From a virus, in IMG/VR virus record IMGVR_UViG_3300050821_002279, positions 1 through 64,000 of that record: DNA of 64,000 nucleotides. One strand, given 5' to 3'. The position numbers and the translations under genes were made by a program. Every line of letters begins with the position of its first letter. The stretch's first letter is position 1. Of the stretch, positions 8,709-19,100 are shown one piece after another. Under the pieces are notes generated by a model. That model saw nothing but the letters and a program-made list of their open reading frames with translations. It searched no databases and had not been told where the DNA came from.

Positions 8709-9188
8709 ATGAACACTTGGACACCTCTTTTTTCGAAGATTGTTGATTCCTCAATTTGGGCTGAGCCGGATTACGTGGTGAAGATTTTTCTTACGATGTT
8801 GGCGCTAAAGGATGCCGATCAGGTTGTGCGCTACAACGCATTTGCGCTGGCTCAGAGGGCGCACAAGACAGAGAAGGAGGTGCTGGACGCGCTGAAGATT
8901 TTAAGTTCACCTGACAAGAAGCGATTGGAGCCACAACCGTTTGATGGGCGCAGGATAGAGCGTGTGGAAGACGGATGGAAGCTTCTCAACGGTCAATTTT
9001 ACGAAGACATGATGCGTGGCATAAACAGGAGGGCTTACAAAGCCAGCAAGCAACGCGAATACCGCGAGCGTAAAAAGACCGCGCAGCAGGTGAAAGCTGA
9101 GAATGATGCTCGCGAGGCGCGGTTTGTCAGGGCCGAAGGCGCGGGGGACTCGGCGGCAATGGATAGGATTGCGGCGGAAGGATTATGA
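8709..9188 (+). CDS. phage replisome-organiser-like winged-helix protein
   Basis: LFSKIVDSSIW.EP..V..IFLTMLALKD...LSSPD...FDGRRIERVEDGWKLLN..Y, followed by a KASKQREYRERK helix. Confidence 0.65.
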   Translation: MNTWTPLFSKIVDSSIWAEPDYVVKIFLTMLALKDADQVVRYNAFALAQRAHKTEKEVLDALKILSSPDKKRLEPQPFDGRRIERVEDGWKLLNGQFYEDMMRGINRRAYKASKQREYRERKKTAQQVKAENDAREARFVRAEGAGDSAAMDRIAAEGL

Positions 9189-9596
9189 TCCCGCCACCCC
9201 GCATTCAATCAGCGACACGATTGCCCCTCGTTTAATATTCAAGCACTCGGTCTCCAGGCCGTCCGCGCAGATTAATATCAGGGGGCCGTCGCAGCCTGCT
9301 GGAGCCGCCCAGAACTTGTCGCCGCGAAGGTTGAACAACTCCACGTCTTTGCCGTCCTTGTCCTTGATAATCTCTCCGTGTGTAGCCTCCCGAACGACTT
9401 GTAGAACCACCCGCACAGCGCCAGGGCGAGGACTGCGGATAAAAGGTTGAGGTTCATTGGCGTGACTTTACTTGCGTGATTGGGTGCTGGTGCGCGGCGT
9501 AAGGGCATCCCCTCGCATGACGGTAATCGTCTGGATGTTTGCGCTTTTGGCCTTTCTTGAGCATCGGACAACCGCAGAATTTACAAAGTTTATAGC

Positions 9597-9893
9597 TCAC
9601 TTCGCGCTCCCTTCCTGCCCTTGCCTCAAAATCGCTTCGCACTGGGCGAGGGCTTCGCGTGATTTAATTTCAAACACGCATTTATTGCAAACACAGTCAG
9701 AAGTATAGACCACATGTCCTGGTCGTGACCTCAACGCCTCTACCGCCTTTTCGAGCGCGGAGTGGAGTTGCTGACAGTCGGTGATTAGCTTTGCGTGTGA
9801 GGGCGACACTTCACCAAAGCCATCGCACTTGTCGCACCCTTTGCCGTAACACGATGGGCACGCGACTGGATAACCGGCCATGTCAGTTTTCAC
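9597..9893 (-). CDS. small zinc-binding protein
   Basis: CPSCYGKGCDKCDGFG (DnaJ-type zinc motif). Confidence 0.5.
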   Translation of the reverse strand: MKTDMAGYPVACPSCYGKGCDKCDGFGEVSPSHAKLITDCQQLHSALEKAVEALRSRPGHVVYTSDCVCNKCVFEIKSREALAQCEAILRQGQEGSAK

Positions 9894-10274
9894 GGCTGTT
9901 TTGTCTTTTTATGATTGTTCGTTTGTTGCCGCCGTCCAGACGGCGCGGAGCAGGGCGTTGAATCTCGGAGGCCTGGATTCAGGAGATGAAAGACTGAAAA
10001 GCTCTTTGCAGAGTCGGTTCCATGCCCGAGACGCTTCACAGCCCTCAAGTTTAGACGCTTGTTTCCACGTCCATTCAATTTTCTGCTTTCGGTCGCGCTT
10101 GATTGTTTTCACAGCTTCGTTTCCTCCAAGAATTTGTCGCGGTCTGTAAACCATTGTCCCACTTCACAAGTATGCATGTTTGCGTGAACTCGTTTCTTGA
10201 CCAGAAATCGTTCAATGGGTTTGGTGTTGGCGCTGGGACTTGATCTTTACCACTTGGGGATTCGTCAGAAGTTT

Positions 10275-10937
10275 TCATGTTGCATTGCCCTCCAGCCACT
10301 TCTGGCAGCGTTCAAACCATTCTCGATTTTCCTCATATCGGCAATTCTCCAACAGCCATTCCGCCTCCTCCATCCGAGCAAGGAACGCTTTGCCGCAGTC
10401 TCTGGAAAGTTGACAATCAAATAGTGTTTTGAACGCGGCATCAACATCGCTGCAAAACTGATTAAACGGAATATGGCCAACAGTGGCCGGGAATTGGAAG
10501 TTCATATACTCTTTCAGCCCTCGCCCGCTGAAACTTTCGCGTAATTGAGTTAACGCAATCATAATTTCGCTTCGCATCCCACCCGCCGCCGCTTCCAATT
10601 CCTTTAGAAGTTTCTCGAAATCTTCCCGTAGCTGGTGGTCTATATCGCGCTCTTTGGTCAGCCGCTCAATCGTCTCTTCTGCATCCTTTGAAATTCCGGA
10701 ACGCAGCCGGTCAAGCTGCTCCTTTGAAAACTCAAATGGCAATCCTTCAACAAACCACTTGTTTCGATTTGTGATGAAGCCGCCGTAGTCGCGGCCACGC
10801 ATCGAGTCTTGCGACGGCACAACCTGATTGAGGAGCAAAGCAGCCGCGTTGACCTTCTCTTTCAGCCGCTCAATCGTCTCGTTGGCCTGCGCTAGTTGTG
10901 GGTCGGGGGTCATAATTAGTATGTTGGCTCTCGCCAC
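10275..10937 (-). CDS. hypothetical coiled-coil protein
   Basis: 220-aa ORF in the leftward small-gene run; internal repeat ETIERL.KE. Confidence 0.55.
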   Translation of the reverse strand: MARANILIMTPDPQLAQANETIERLKEKVNAAALLLNQVVPSQDSMRGRDYGGFITNRNKWFVEGLPFEFSKEQLDRLRSGISKDAEETIERLTKERDIDHQLREDFEKLLKELEAAAGGMRSEIMIALTQLRESFSGRGLKEYMNFQFPATVGHIPFNQFCSDVDAAFKTLFDCQLSRDCGKAFLARMEEAEWLLENCRYEENREWFERCQKWLEGNAT

Positions 10938-11134
10938 GGTGGGTTGAGTGATTGTTCGTAAAGAGCGGTTTCAATTCTTCTAAGACGCTCTTCAACTGTT
11001 AAGCCGTCTAACTTTGAGAAATGTTCCCGCTTGGCTCTTGTTGCCTCTTTTGCAGAACACTCACCGCACTCACCGTTGTAATGACCAGTCGTCTTGCGGC
11101 ATTTGGTGCAGTATATTTGTCGAAACGCCACCAT
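10916..11134 (-). CDS. small zinc-finger protein
   Basis: CTKC...CGEC, LTVEERLRRIE. Confidence 0.6.
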   Translation of the reverse strand: MVAFRQIYCTKCRKTTGHYNGECGECSAKEATRAKREHFSKLDGLTVEERLRRIETALYEQSLNPPWREPTY

Positions 11135-11136
11135 AT

Positions 11137-11376
11137 TTATTCCCCATCCGATTCCTGATCGCGGTGTTTCGCGTCGATGGCGTCTCGCACTGTTTTGGAA
11201 CCAACGCTGTCATTGTGGAGCCTGAATCCCCTGCCGGTCGTTGAATGTCGAGCAATCCAACACCTTCCGTCAGACATCGAGTCGAGCCAGTCAAGTCGCG
11301 CTTTGTCTTCCAGCAGCCTCTCAATCTCCGTGCGCTGCTGGGAGATGATGCGCTGTAGTTTGTCGATTTCGTTCAT
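11137..11376 (-). CDS. hypothetical phage protein
   Basis: DKARLDWL...TVRDAIDA motif common in small phage proteins; AGGAGG RBS. Confidence 0.65.
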   Translation of the reverse strand: MNEIDKLQRIISQQRTEIERLLEDKARLDWLDSMSDGRCWIARHSTTGRGFRLHNDSVGSKTVRDAIDAKHRDQESDGE

Positions 11377-12296
11377 GACGCCCCTCCTAAACGTTCCTTG
11401 CGTGTCGCCTTCGTGTACCAATATTCCGGGGTATAACCAGATCCGACAAAGAAGCCTGTACCGGTTTGGCCTCTGTAGTGCTTAACGGCAACCTTGTTTC
11501 TTTCAATGTCGCCGAACGGGGTGAACGAAATATCTCGGACGTGAGTTGGCCTTAGCAGGTCCGTCATTGTGATCTTGATGGCTCTTTTTGCCTGCTGTTG
11601 AAACCGCGTAGTGCGATTGGCCAGCTCCCTCTTGTTCATCTTTGGCAATCTGACTTCAGGGTGGCGTTTTTTGATAAGTTCACTGAGCCACCAATCAAGC
11701 ATCTGTGCACCCTTCGGGATATTGCCCTTGCGCTTGATACTCACTGAGCGTTTCCAAAGCCCAAAACATCTATTTGAGTCTTTGGGGCAGTCGCAGAAAC
11801 GGTGAACCAATTCATCGCGATCGCCCTCTTTTAAGCCATATCCCCAGGCGTACAACTTGATTCCAGTTTTCCGCCACCAGTTCATGACGGCCTTTTCCCT
11901 TCGCCGAAAGAAGGCTGTCCGGCCAGGGTCGGCATTCAGCTTTTTTCCGACATCTCGGTTGTACCTGACAGCAAAATGAAGGTGACCGCCACCAAGGTAA
12001 GGGGTGACAGCCAAATACAAACCTCTAATGGGCGTAGTTAGCGTCCACGTGCAAAGTTTTTTATAATCATCGCTTCCAGAATTAGGCCATCCGAAACGGC
12101 GGAGCATATAGCAACAGAGCCACGCCCCGTCAATTTCATCTCCGAATAACTCCTCAGCCCAACTGCATGGATCTGCACCAGGGCCAGCCGCATAACCTCC
12201 TGTTATCGTTGCCTGATTTGACGAGGGCTTAGTCGTGAATTTCACACGCTGCGCGATCACGCGGTCCTTTTGGTCGAGAAGGTTGTGCTGGGTCAT
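11373..12296 (-). CDS. hypothetical protein (307 aa)
   Basis: Long ORF coupled to both neighbours. Confidence 0.65.
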   Translation of the reverse strand: MTQHNLLDQKDRVIAQRVKFTTKPSSNQATITGGYAAGPGADPCSWAEELFGDEIDGAWLCCYMLRRFGWPNSGSDDYKKLCTWTLTTPIRGLYLAVTPYLGGGHLHFAVRYNRDVGKKLNADPGRTAFFRRREKAVMNWWRKTGIKLYAWGYGLKEGDRDELVHRFCDCPKDSNRCFGLWKRSVSIKRKGNIPKGAQMLDWWLSELIKKRHPEVRLPKMNKRELANRTTRFQQQAKRAIKITMTDLLRPTHVRDISFTPFGDIERNKVAVKHYRGQTGTGFFVGSGYTPEYWYTKATRKERLGGAS

Positions 12297-12475
12297 TTCT
12301 TTCCTTTCCTGAAAATCCTCGCGTTGTAAAGATTTGAAACCATTCTTGGCATTCCAAGGGTAACAGCCTGATTCGCGAGCATTGTGAGAGACAGGTTGAG
12401 GCTGCACCTCTCCTTGATCGAGCAAAGCTTTTTGACGTTTTCTTTGCTGAGTTCGATTTGCGGTCGTAGCGCCAT
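12293..12475 (-). CDS. small DNA-binding (ribbon-helix-helix-like) protein
   Basis: MALRPQIELSKENVKKL...SLTMLANQAV; first gene after a TTGACA/GATAAT promoter. Confidence 0.5.
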   Translation of the reverse strand: MALRPQIELSKENVKKLCSIKERCSLNLSLTMLANQAVTLGMPRMVSNLYNARIFRKGKK

Positions 12476-12562
12476 ATCCACAATTATCCACACCGGCCCA
12501 AAATTGTCAACGAATTATTTTCAACTTTTTTATTGACGCGGGGAAAGGCAATACGGTATAAC
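12474..12562. promoter_or_regulatory. divergent sigma70 promoters with DnaA-box-like sites
   Basis: Minus: TTGACA(12510-12505)...TGGATAAT. Plus: TTGACG(12533)...TATAAC(12557). TTATCCACA at 12484-12492 and ATATCCACA at 12474-12482. Confidence 0.65.
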
Positions 12563-12725
12563 CCCCATGCTTGATTGAGCCGGGGCTTGGATAGCTCCGT
12601 AAGAAAAATGCGACATCGACACATTTTCAAAGTTCCGTGCCCGCTTCGATGCCAGAGGTTTCCCATGCCGCCAGGGTGGGTTTATCCTTTATCCACGTCG
12701 AAGCGCGGCACAGAGCCTTGAAACT

Positions 12726-13607
12726 GTGAAGCCCTGGTACCGAAACAGCACGCTCCAGATGGACGACCCGGAGATGGAGTGGCTACAATCCAAAGATCCA
12801 GCCTCTTGCGCAATTTGGGAATGGATCAAGGCCGACTGTCAAAAACGAGACACAGATCAACTCAGGACGCTTTCACCACAGGAGATGGAGTGCGTTTGTA
12901 GGCGGCTCGGGGTGAGTCTCCCCACTTTCTCCCAAGTCTCCCAAAACCTCCAACAGGTCGGGTGGGTGGTCGATGGAAGGGTTAAGGGCTGGAAAAAGTG
13001 GAACGACAGAAACCGGACGCCAGAGGAGGATGCGCTTCGAAAGCAGGTCGAATACTGGAAGCAAAAGGCTGATTCAAAAGACGTTGCAAAGTCGTCACAA
13101 CAACCTCCCCAATTTCTCCCAAATCCTCCCAGACCTCCCCAGTCAGAGGAGAGGAGAGGAGAGGAGAGTACAAATACAGTACCCCCTACCCCCTTAGAAG
13201 CTTTTGAAATCTTCTGGAGTGAATACCCCAGGAAGATGAAACGCGGGGATGCGGAACATGCTTTTGCAGAGGTTAACGCCCACAAGTTTATAAACGACAT
13301 CGTCGCTGCCATTCGCTCCCAAAAATCATCTGAGGGATGGCTTAAGGACTCTGGCAAATTTATCCCGTACCCGGCAAATTGGATTCGCGACAAGCAATGG
13401 TTGGATCAGGCGAACGGTCACGAAATTAAACTGGAAGAATTTTGTACAAAAAATGCGACCCGGTTCAGGGTGATTAGCAATAAAGGATACATTTACTGGA
13501 CTCGCACTGATGGGGGGCCAAGGCGCGAGCAGTGGGGGAACAATCAAGATCAGGAAAAGTCCTTTCAGGCGACTCGTCAGGCATACGACGACTGGGTAAA
13601 GCTGTAA
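12726..13607 (+). CDS. phage replication initiator
   Basis: N-terminal HTH-like region; C-terminal FEIFWSEYPRK...GWLKDSGKFIPYPANWIRDKQWLD; directly upstream of DnaB. Confidence 0.8.
   Translation: MKPWYRNSTLQMDDPEMEWLQSKDPASCAIWEWIKADCQKRDTDQLRTLSPQEMECVCRRLGVSLPTFSQVSQNLQQVGWVVDGRVKGWKKWNDRNRTPEEDALRKQVEYWKQKADSKDVAKSSQQPPQFLPNPPRPPQSEERRGEESTNTVPPTPLEAFEIFWSEYPRKMKRGDAEHAFAEVNAHKFINDIVAAIRSQKSSEGWLKDSGKFIPYPANWIRDKQWLDQANGHEIKLEEFCTKNATRFRVISNKGYIYWTRTDGGPRREQWGNNQDQEKSFQATRQAYDDWVKL
12917..13140 (+). repeat. CTCCC iteron-like clusters inside the initiator gene (putative origin)
   Basis: Two clusters (12917-12953 and 13103-13140) of about 4 CTCCC/CTCCA units at 8-11 bp spacing. Confidence 0.55.
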
Positions 13608-13612
13608 ATTTT

Positions 13613-15076
13613 ATGTCTGACCGATTTGAAGATACAAATTGTGAAAACAGGGAAAGTACAAGCTCGGCAGATCGCCTGCCCCCTCACGACGAGGGCGCTG
13701 AGCGGGCTGTGCTTGGGTCGATACTCATCGATCCGTCAGTTAACATTCACGAGGTTATTCTTCATCTAAAAAACGGCTCAGATGTTTTTTTTGATCACAG
13801 GCACCGGCTGATTTTCAACACGATGTTGGAACTATTTGATGATGATGTGCCAATCGACACGGTGACTCTTTATGAGCGCCTTAACATCTGGGGAAAATCA
13901 GAACAAGCCGGGGGAGTCTCTTATATTTCCACGCTGGCTGACGCAGTAACCTCAACGCAGAATCTTAAAACATGGATGCAAATAATTCTTGGGAAGTACA
14001 TCGTCAGGAACGTGCTTGCGTTCTGCACCGAAAGAGCCCAAGCAGCTTTCGGGGTCAACGGCAACTCAGAACAATTTTTAAGCCAGTTTGAACACGATGC
14101 TTTGGCAATACGCGGTTCAGCGGAATCGTGTGCATCAACAGTGGACGTTCACTCGTCGATATCGTCTCTGTTGGTTGATTACGAGAACGCCGCCAACAAT
14201 AGTGCGCCGGTCGGAATTCAAACCGGATTTATCGATCTCGACCGGCTTGGCGGTGGAATGATGGAGCAGGAATTAATCATCCTGGCTGGACTTAGGAGCA
14301 CCGGAAAAACAACGCTTGCACTCAACATCGCTTACAATGTGGCTATGGCCGGAATTGGCGTTGGAATAATTTCACTGGAGACCAGCGGCAAGAAATTAAT
14401 TCATCGGCTGGCGTGTTACTCTGGGGAAATTTCCGGTTCCGATTTAATGAGAGGCAGAAATCTAGATACGAATGCTCCAAAAGTTACTGCCGCATTTGGC
14501 CGCATAATTTCATTTCAGGAACGGCTATTGATTTGCGAGCGGGCCGATATGAGCACAACGGAACTGGGCGCATTGTGCCGTCGAATGCACCAAAGAGGGG
14601 CAAGACTGTTTATCATCGACTACCTTCAGCTTTTAAACACACAGGGAAAATCCGAGTACGAGAGGATCACTGCCGCTTCTAAGTTTGGGAAACGACTCGC
14701 GAAGTCGCTGAACGCTCCAGTTATCTTACTCTCGGCGCTCAACCGGGAATCTGAAAAGGGTAACAAACCAAGGAAGCCAAGACTTTCCGACTTGAGGGCC
14801 TCGGGACAAATTGAATACGACGCGGACAAGGCTTGGCTCCTTTACGATCCTGAGTTCAAAGAAGAGTTCAACAACGAAGAATCTCGCCACGTCGCTCTCG
14901 ACTTCGCAAAAAATAAAGACGGCCCGACTGGAACGGTCAACCTCACCTTTTTCCCAAAACAATTTCGCATGGCATCAGCGGCCAGTGTCAGCGATGATTA
15001 TGTTCCGCCGCACATTTACCACGAACCACAACAACAAGCAGGACTACCTTACGCCGATGACTCGGGCACAACTTAA
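13613..15076 (+). CDS. dnaB: replicative DNA helicase
   Basis: LPPHDEGAERAVLGSIL, TGFIDLD, GLRSTGKT, IIDYLQL, PRLSDLRASGQIEYDAD, AKNKDGPTG. Confidence 0.95.
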   Translation: MSDRFEDTNCENRESTSSADRLPPHDEGAERAVLGSILIDPSVNIHEVILHLKNGSDVFFDHRHRLIFNTMLELFDDDVPIDTVTLYERLNIWGKSEQAGGVSYISTLADAVTSTQNLKTWMQIILGKYIVRNVLAFCTERAQAAFGVNGNSEQFLSQFEHDALAIRGSAESCASTVDVHSSISSLLVDYENAANNSAPVGIQTGFIDLDRLGGGMMEQELIILAGLRSTGKTTLALNIAYNVAMAGIGVGIISLETSGKKLIHRLACYSGEISGSDLMRGRNLDTNAPKVTAAFGRIISFQERLLICERADMSTTELGALCRRMHQRGARLFIIDYLQLLNTQGKSEYERITAASKFGKRLAKSLNAPVILLSALNRESEKGNKPRKPRLSDLRASGQIEYDADKAWLLYDPEFKEEFNNEESRHVALDFAKNKDGPTGTVNLTFFPKQFRMASAASVSDDYVPPHIYHEPQQQAGLPYADDSGTT

Positions 15077-15247
15077 TTGCAGGACTGAGCAAATGGAGGC
15101 ATTCAGAAGAGATTTTGAAATCTTTTGGGCACCTGTAAGAGAGCGCATCATTAAGGAAGGCTATATGGAAAAACGCCACATCGCCATGCTCGAATTGTTC
15201 CTGTGGCGCGAATGGCTAAAGCGACACGATCACAAAACAAATAACCA

Positions 15248-15451
15248 ATGAACACAACGATTGACATACCCCCAAAAAACACCGGCTTATCCCAGAAGTG
15301 GCGGGACAAGATCCTTGCGACGAAGATCGGGGGACACTTCGACGTGGATACTGAGATGCACCGCAAATCCGTGATGAGTCATCGGCATGGAGCAAAACTT
15401 ACGTCGCGAAAGATCGTGGGGCTGGGATATAGGATTTGGAGACTCGCATGA
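15248..15451 (+). CDS. small basic protein
   Basis: IDIPPK...GYRIWRLA C-terminus typical of small phage DNA-binding proteins. Confidence 0.55.
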   Translation: MNTTIDIPPKNTGLSQKWRDKILATKIGGHFDVDTEMHRKSVMSHRHGAKLTSRKIVGLGYRIWRLA

Positions 15452-15741
15452 GTGTTTACGTTGACGATATGAAGGCCGGGTTCGGCAACATGATCATGTG
15501 CCACATGATTGCTGATACCACCGAAGAGCTTGTCGCAATGGCCGTCGCTATCGGAGTCAAAACCAAATGGATTCAGAAGCCCGGAACACACGCTGAGCAC
15601 TTCGATATTTGCCTCACGAAAAGAGCTTTAGCGATTATTCACGGAGCACTTCCAATTTCACAGATGGAGCTTGGCCGTAAGCTTCTCAAGCGAAGGCGCA
15701 ATAAAACGGCATTGCAGCTTGTCGTGGAAGATGCGTTGTGA
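15448..15741 (+). CDS. DUF4031 family protein
   Basis: MSVYVDD...MCHMIADTTEEL.AMA..IG...WIQ...HFDI...KRALAI..GA. Confidence 0.85.
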   Translation: MSVYVDDMKAGFGNMIMCHMIADTTEELVAMAVAIGVKTKWIQKPGTHAEHFDICLTKRALAIIHGALPISQMELGRKLLKRRRNKTALQLVVEDAL

Positions 15742-15901
15742 GTGCAACTTCTTTCCATCGCGGGAAGAGCGGCGTGTACGTTTCGCCGTTGGATATTCCA
15801 CGGCTGTTAAAATGGAAGCCAAGCAAGCGCCTCAAACGAAAGCTCGCGGAGCTTCAGACGATAACGATGACGGTGATACCGGATAACAACGTGAGAATTC
15901 G

Positions 15902-16147
15902 GTGAGCGAAGAAACGGAAATACTTTGGAGAAACAAACCCCACACCCACCAACCGCACAATGCGTGCAAGGGATGGAAGCATTACGACTACGTTTCGCAG
16001 AAGGACGCGGAATGGTTTATGAAGAATAGGGCGAGCTTCGACGAGCACTTTGAATACGCTATTGCGCGACCGGCTCGGGCCGAGAAAGCTCTTCCTTGTC
16101 CTCAGGTTGAGACGCCATCTGAGCCTTTGCCCGAAGGAAAAGCTTGA
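15902..16147 (+). CDS. hypothetical protein
   Basis: 81-aa ORF overlapping the 3' end of the convergent large gene. Confidence 0.4.
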   Translation: MSEETEILWRNKPHTHQPHNACKGWKHYDYVSQKDAEWFMKNRASFDEHFEYAIARPARAEKALPCPQVETPSEPLPEGKA

Positions 16148-19100
16148 ACATTGCTTTCTTCGATTGCTTCGCAGATTCAACGGTCTTTTTTTGATCGGCT
16201 GTCAGCGTCTTGATAAACTCCTTTTCATTATCAACGCCTCCCGCAAACGGACTGGTTGAATACTTTCTCCAATATTCATTAAGATGGAAGTTAGTGTTGC
16301 CCTTTTTATCCGCGTGCCACTTCGCATCTTTAAGCCTTTTGATTTCTTTCACAGCGCCAGCCTCGTCTCCATTCGCAAGGGCGAGCTTTAGTGGGCGCAA
16401 TGGATCTTTATCGCTGTCGTAAATAAACTCGCCCTTTTCTTGGATGCCGTGTTTGTCTTTCCACTTCTGCGCCATCTTATACGCCTGATCGGTGTCGGCA
16501 TAGCGTCTCGCGGTGACGCCAAACCCATTCCACAAAGATTCGACCAGGCTGCGTTCTCGGCTCGACCGCAGTGTAATCGGGGTAAGTGTTGTAACATCGT
16601 CCCATATTTGCTCCATCCAACTGCGCTTCCTCCCGAAGTAATCGCGCCCAGTAGCCATCTCAATAATCGGTCGAACAAGAATCGGATTCACGCGAGACAT
16701 CCAGAACTGGCGCTCATTGGAAAGCATGTGAAGCACGTCTCCCTGGACCGTGCGCAACCCGTAAGCCTTGCCTTTATAGATAATGCTGAAAGCATTTTCC
16801 GGCTCAAGGTGAGGCTGGCCGTTAAGGATTTGATTGCCGATCCTGGCAAGCGCGTACATAACCGATGCCCCAAGAAGCAAGGCCTGCCTTTGCTCATTGC
16901 TCGTAAGCGGGCCTCCACGCTTCCAATACTCAGCAGTTCGAATGTCACCAGCCCCCGGCTGGAAAGCCTGTCCAACGAACTTAGCGCGGGAAATTAAAAA
17001 GTCGGGCGCAAACATTATGATGCTTCGCAAGTCCTGCATCGTCTTGCTGTTTTCAAGGACAATTCGATTTTGGCCCCCAAAGGCTCCGTTGGCTTGATTC
17101 GCCGTCTTGTGGTACAAATCTTCCATCGAGACTTCGCCGCTGGCCAATTCGTTTTTATATCGCTGCACGTTTCTTTCGAGAGCGTGAGTCGCCATCGTCA
17201 TTTTAAGGCGTGGGATAAAGTCCTTGAAAAGATAGTTGTGATACCACTCCAAAAACCCGCCAAGATAGGGAATGTGTTTCGAAATGGAACGCCCCATCAA
17301 TCCCTCGCTCTGCATGATGTAATCGCCGCCGATAGTTAATCCACCTCGAAGCAATCCATCAACGTCAGGTTTTCCAAATTCGATCTTTTGATCGATTTTC
17401 CAAGGCAATACTCCGTGTTCGATTCCGTGAACTATTTCTTGAACTTGGTGAAACCCGGACAAATCCAACATTGTTTGCTTGGCGGTAGATCCAACCGACA
17501 ACACTGCTCTTGCGGCGGTGCGAAGACCCGGGCGCTCGGCATCGCGCAACCCGGACTTTCCAAGCAGGGCATCCACGCGATGAACGAAGTCTGGGTGAAT
17601 TGCGAGATCGCCCTTGACCCAAATCGGAACCGCCCCACCTTCGTCGGCATTGGCAACCCACTTCCAACCCTGTAACGCTGGATACTTTCTATCGGTTGCA
17701 TAATCCGTTCGTTCATTTTCCGGGTTCGACACCTTCTTGAGAAAAGCCTTGCGATTGATTTCGTCCTGAGTCAATGGACCCGGCTTATTATTCAACTGAC
17801 TTAATTCCGTTTTTTCATCGGAGGTCAATTCCCTGAAGCTCGGAAGGTAAGACGGGTTTATGAAATGAGCGGTAGCTGGAGCCCCATCAAATTCAGTAAG
17901 TTTTCTATCGCCACCGGCAACGGCGAAAACCGGCCTGCCGTCTGGAGCCTTTATGCCCGCATGCTTGACACCATTCGCATCCTTGTATCCAACCATTTTC
18001 GCGACGAACTCTCTCGCGGCAATCGCCTTGCTCAAAGATGACTCATAATGCGTGATGCGCGGAACAAAATCTTGAACAGGCTTATATCCCAATCGCTCCG
18101 CTTCCCAATCCATCTGGAAAACTCTCTTTCTAATCAATGACGGATTCCGAGAAAGAATTCCACTTTGAACGTACCCAATCATCTTGTTGGCCGCTTCCGG
18201 GTCGTGTTCAAAAATACGATGGATGAAATTTTCAACGCCGTGTTCGAGCACGCCAGCATCAATAGCCTCCTGCAAACGAGCCTCAAAATAATTGCGAATG
18301 TTTTGCGCTGCCGTCAAAGCATCTCCGCTCAAGTGCATCGCGTCGATGTAGGCTTGTCGATATTGCGGCTTTGTGTGATTAGCGCCCCACAACAAGTCTC
18401 CGGTTGATCCGCCAGCATCAACCCACTTTAAAACAGCCGCCCTTTCTGATTTGCTCTTTACGTTTTTAAGAACGGTATTTGCAAACTGAGTAACGCGATA
18501 CCCCCGCTCTTCAAGCGCCTTGGACAATTCGCCCTTCTCTCGAAGCATATCGTCGATATTATCAAAGCCTTTCCATGCTGCTTTGACATAATCGCCAGAG
18601 GCTTTCAGTCCCGCGACCGCTTTGGAAACGACATCGCTGCCTTTTGCAAGGTCTTGCCCGACTTGATAAACCGCCTTCACTTTATCGGAAATCGAACCGG
18701 GAGTTTGGATGGCATCCTTGAAATCTTTGTAAACCCTGACCGTGCCAGCGAACTCCTCGGCGGCACGCTGCCTTGCGGTTAGCTTCTTCCCCTTTATGTT
18801 CTGGAAGGATTCGGTTAATTGCTCGATCTGCGTTTTAGGATCTGGCCCTTGGAATATCGAAGGAGATCCCGGGCCTTTCAGTTTTTCTCGCCGCAACGCC
18901 TCTTTCTTTTCCCTGTTACTTTTAAACGACGAAGGATCAAGGCCAACTCGCCGAAGCTCATCATCCAGTTCTTTCTTGGACATTCCCTTTCCCTTGGCCT
19001 TTTCTTCGGGGGAACGCTCGCGAACTTCCTGCAACTGCGATTCGAGAACAACTTCTTCTTTCCCCGTCTTGTCGTTCTTGATTCGCACTGGCTGCTCACC

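Noticed and set aside
9183-9457. Two overlapping minus-strand ORFs (9183-9416 and 9278-9457)
   Set aside because: Cannot tell which frame is real from sequence alone, so neither was annotated.
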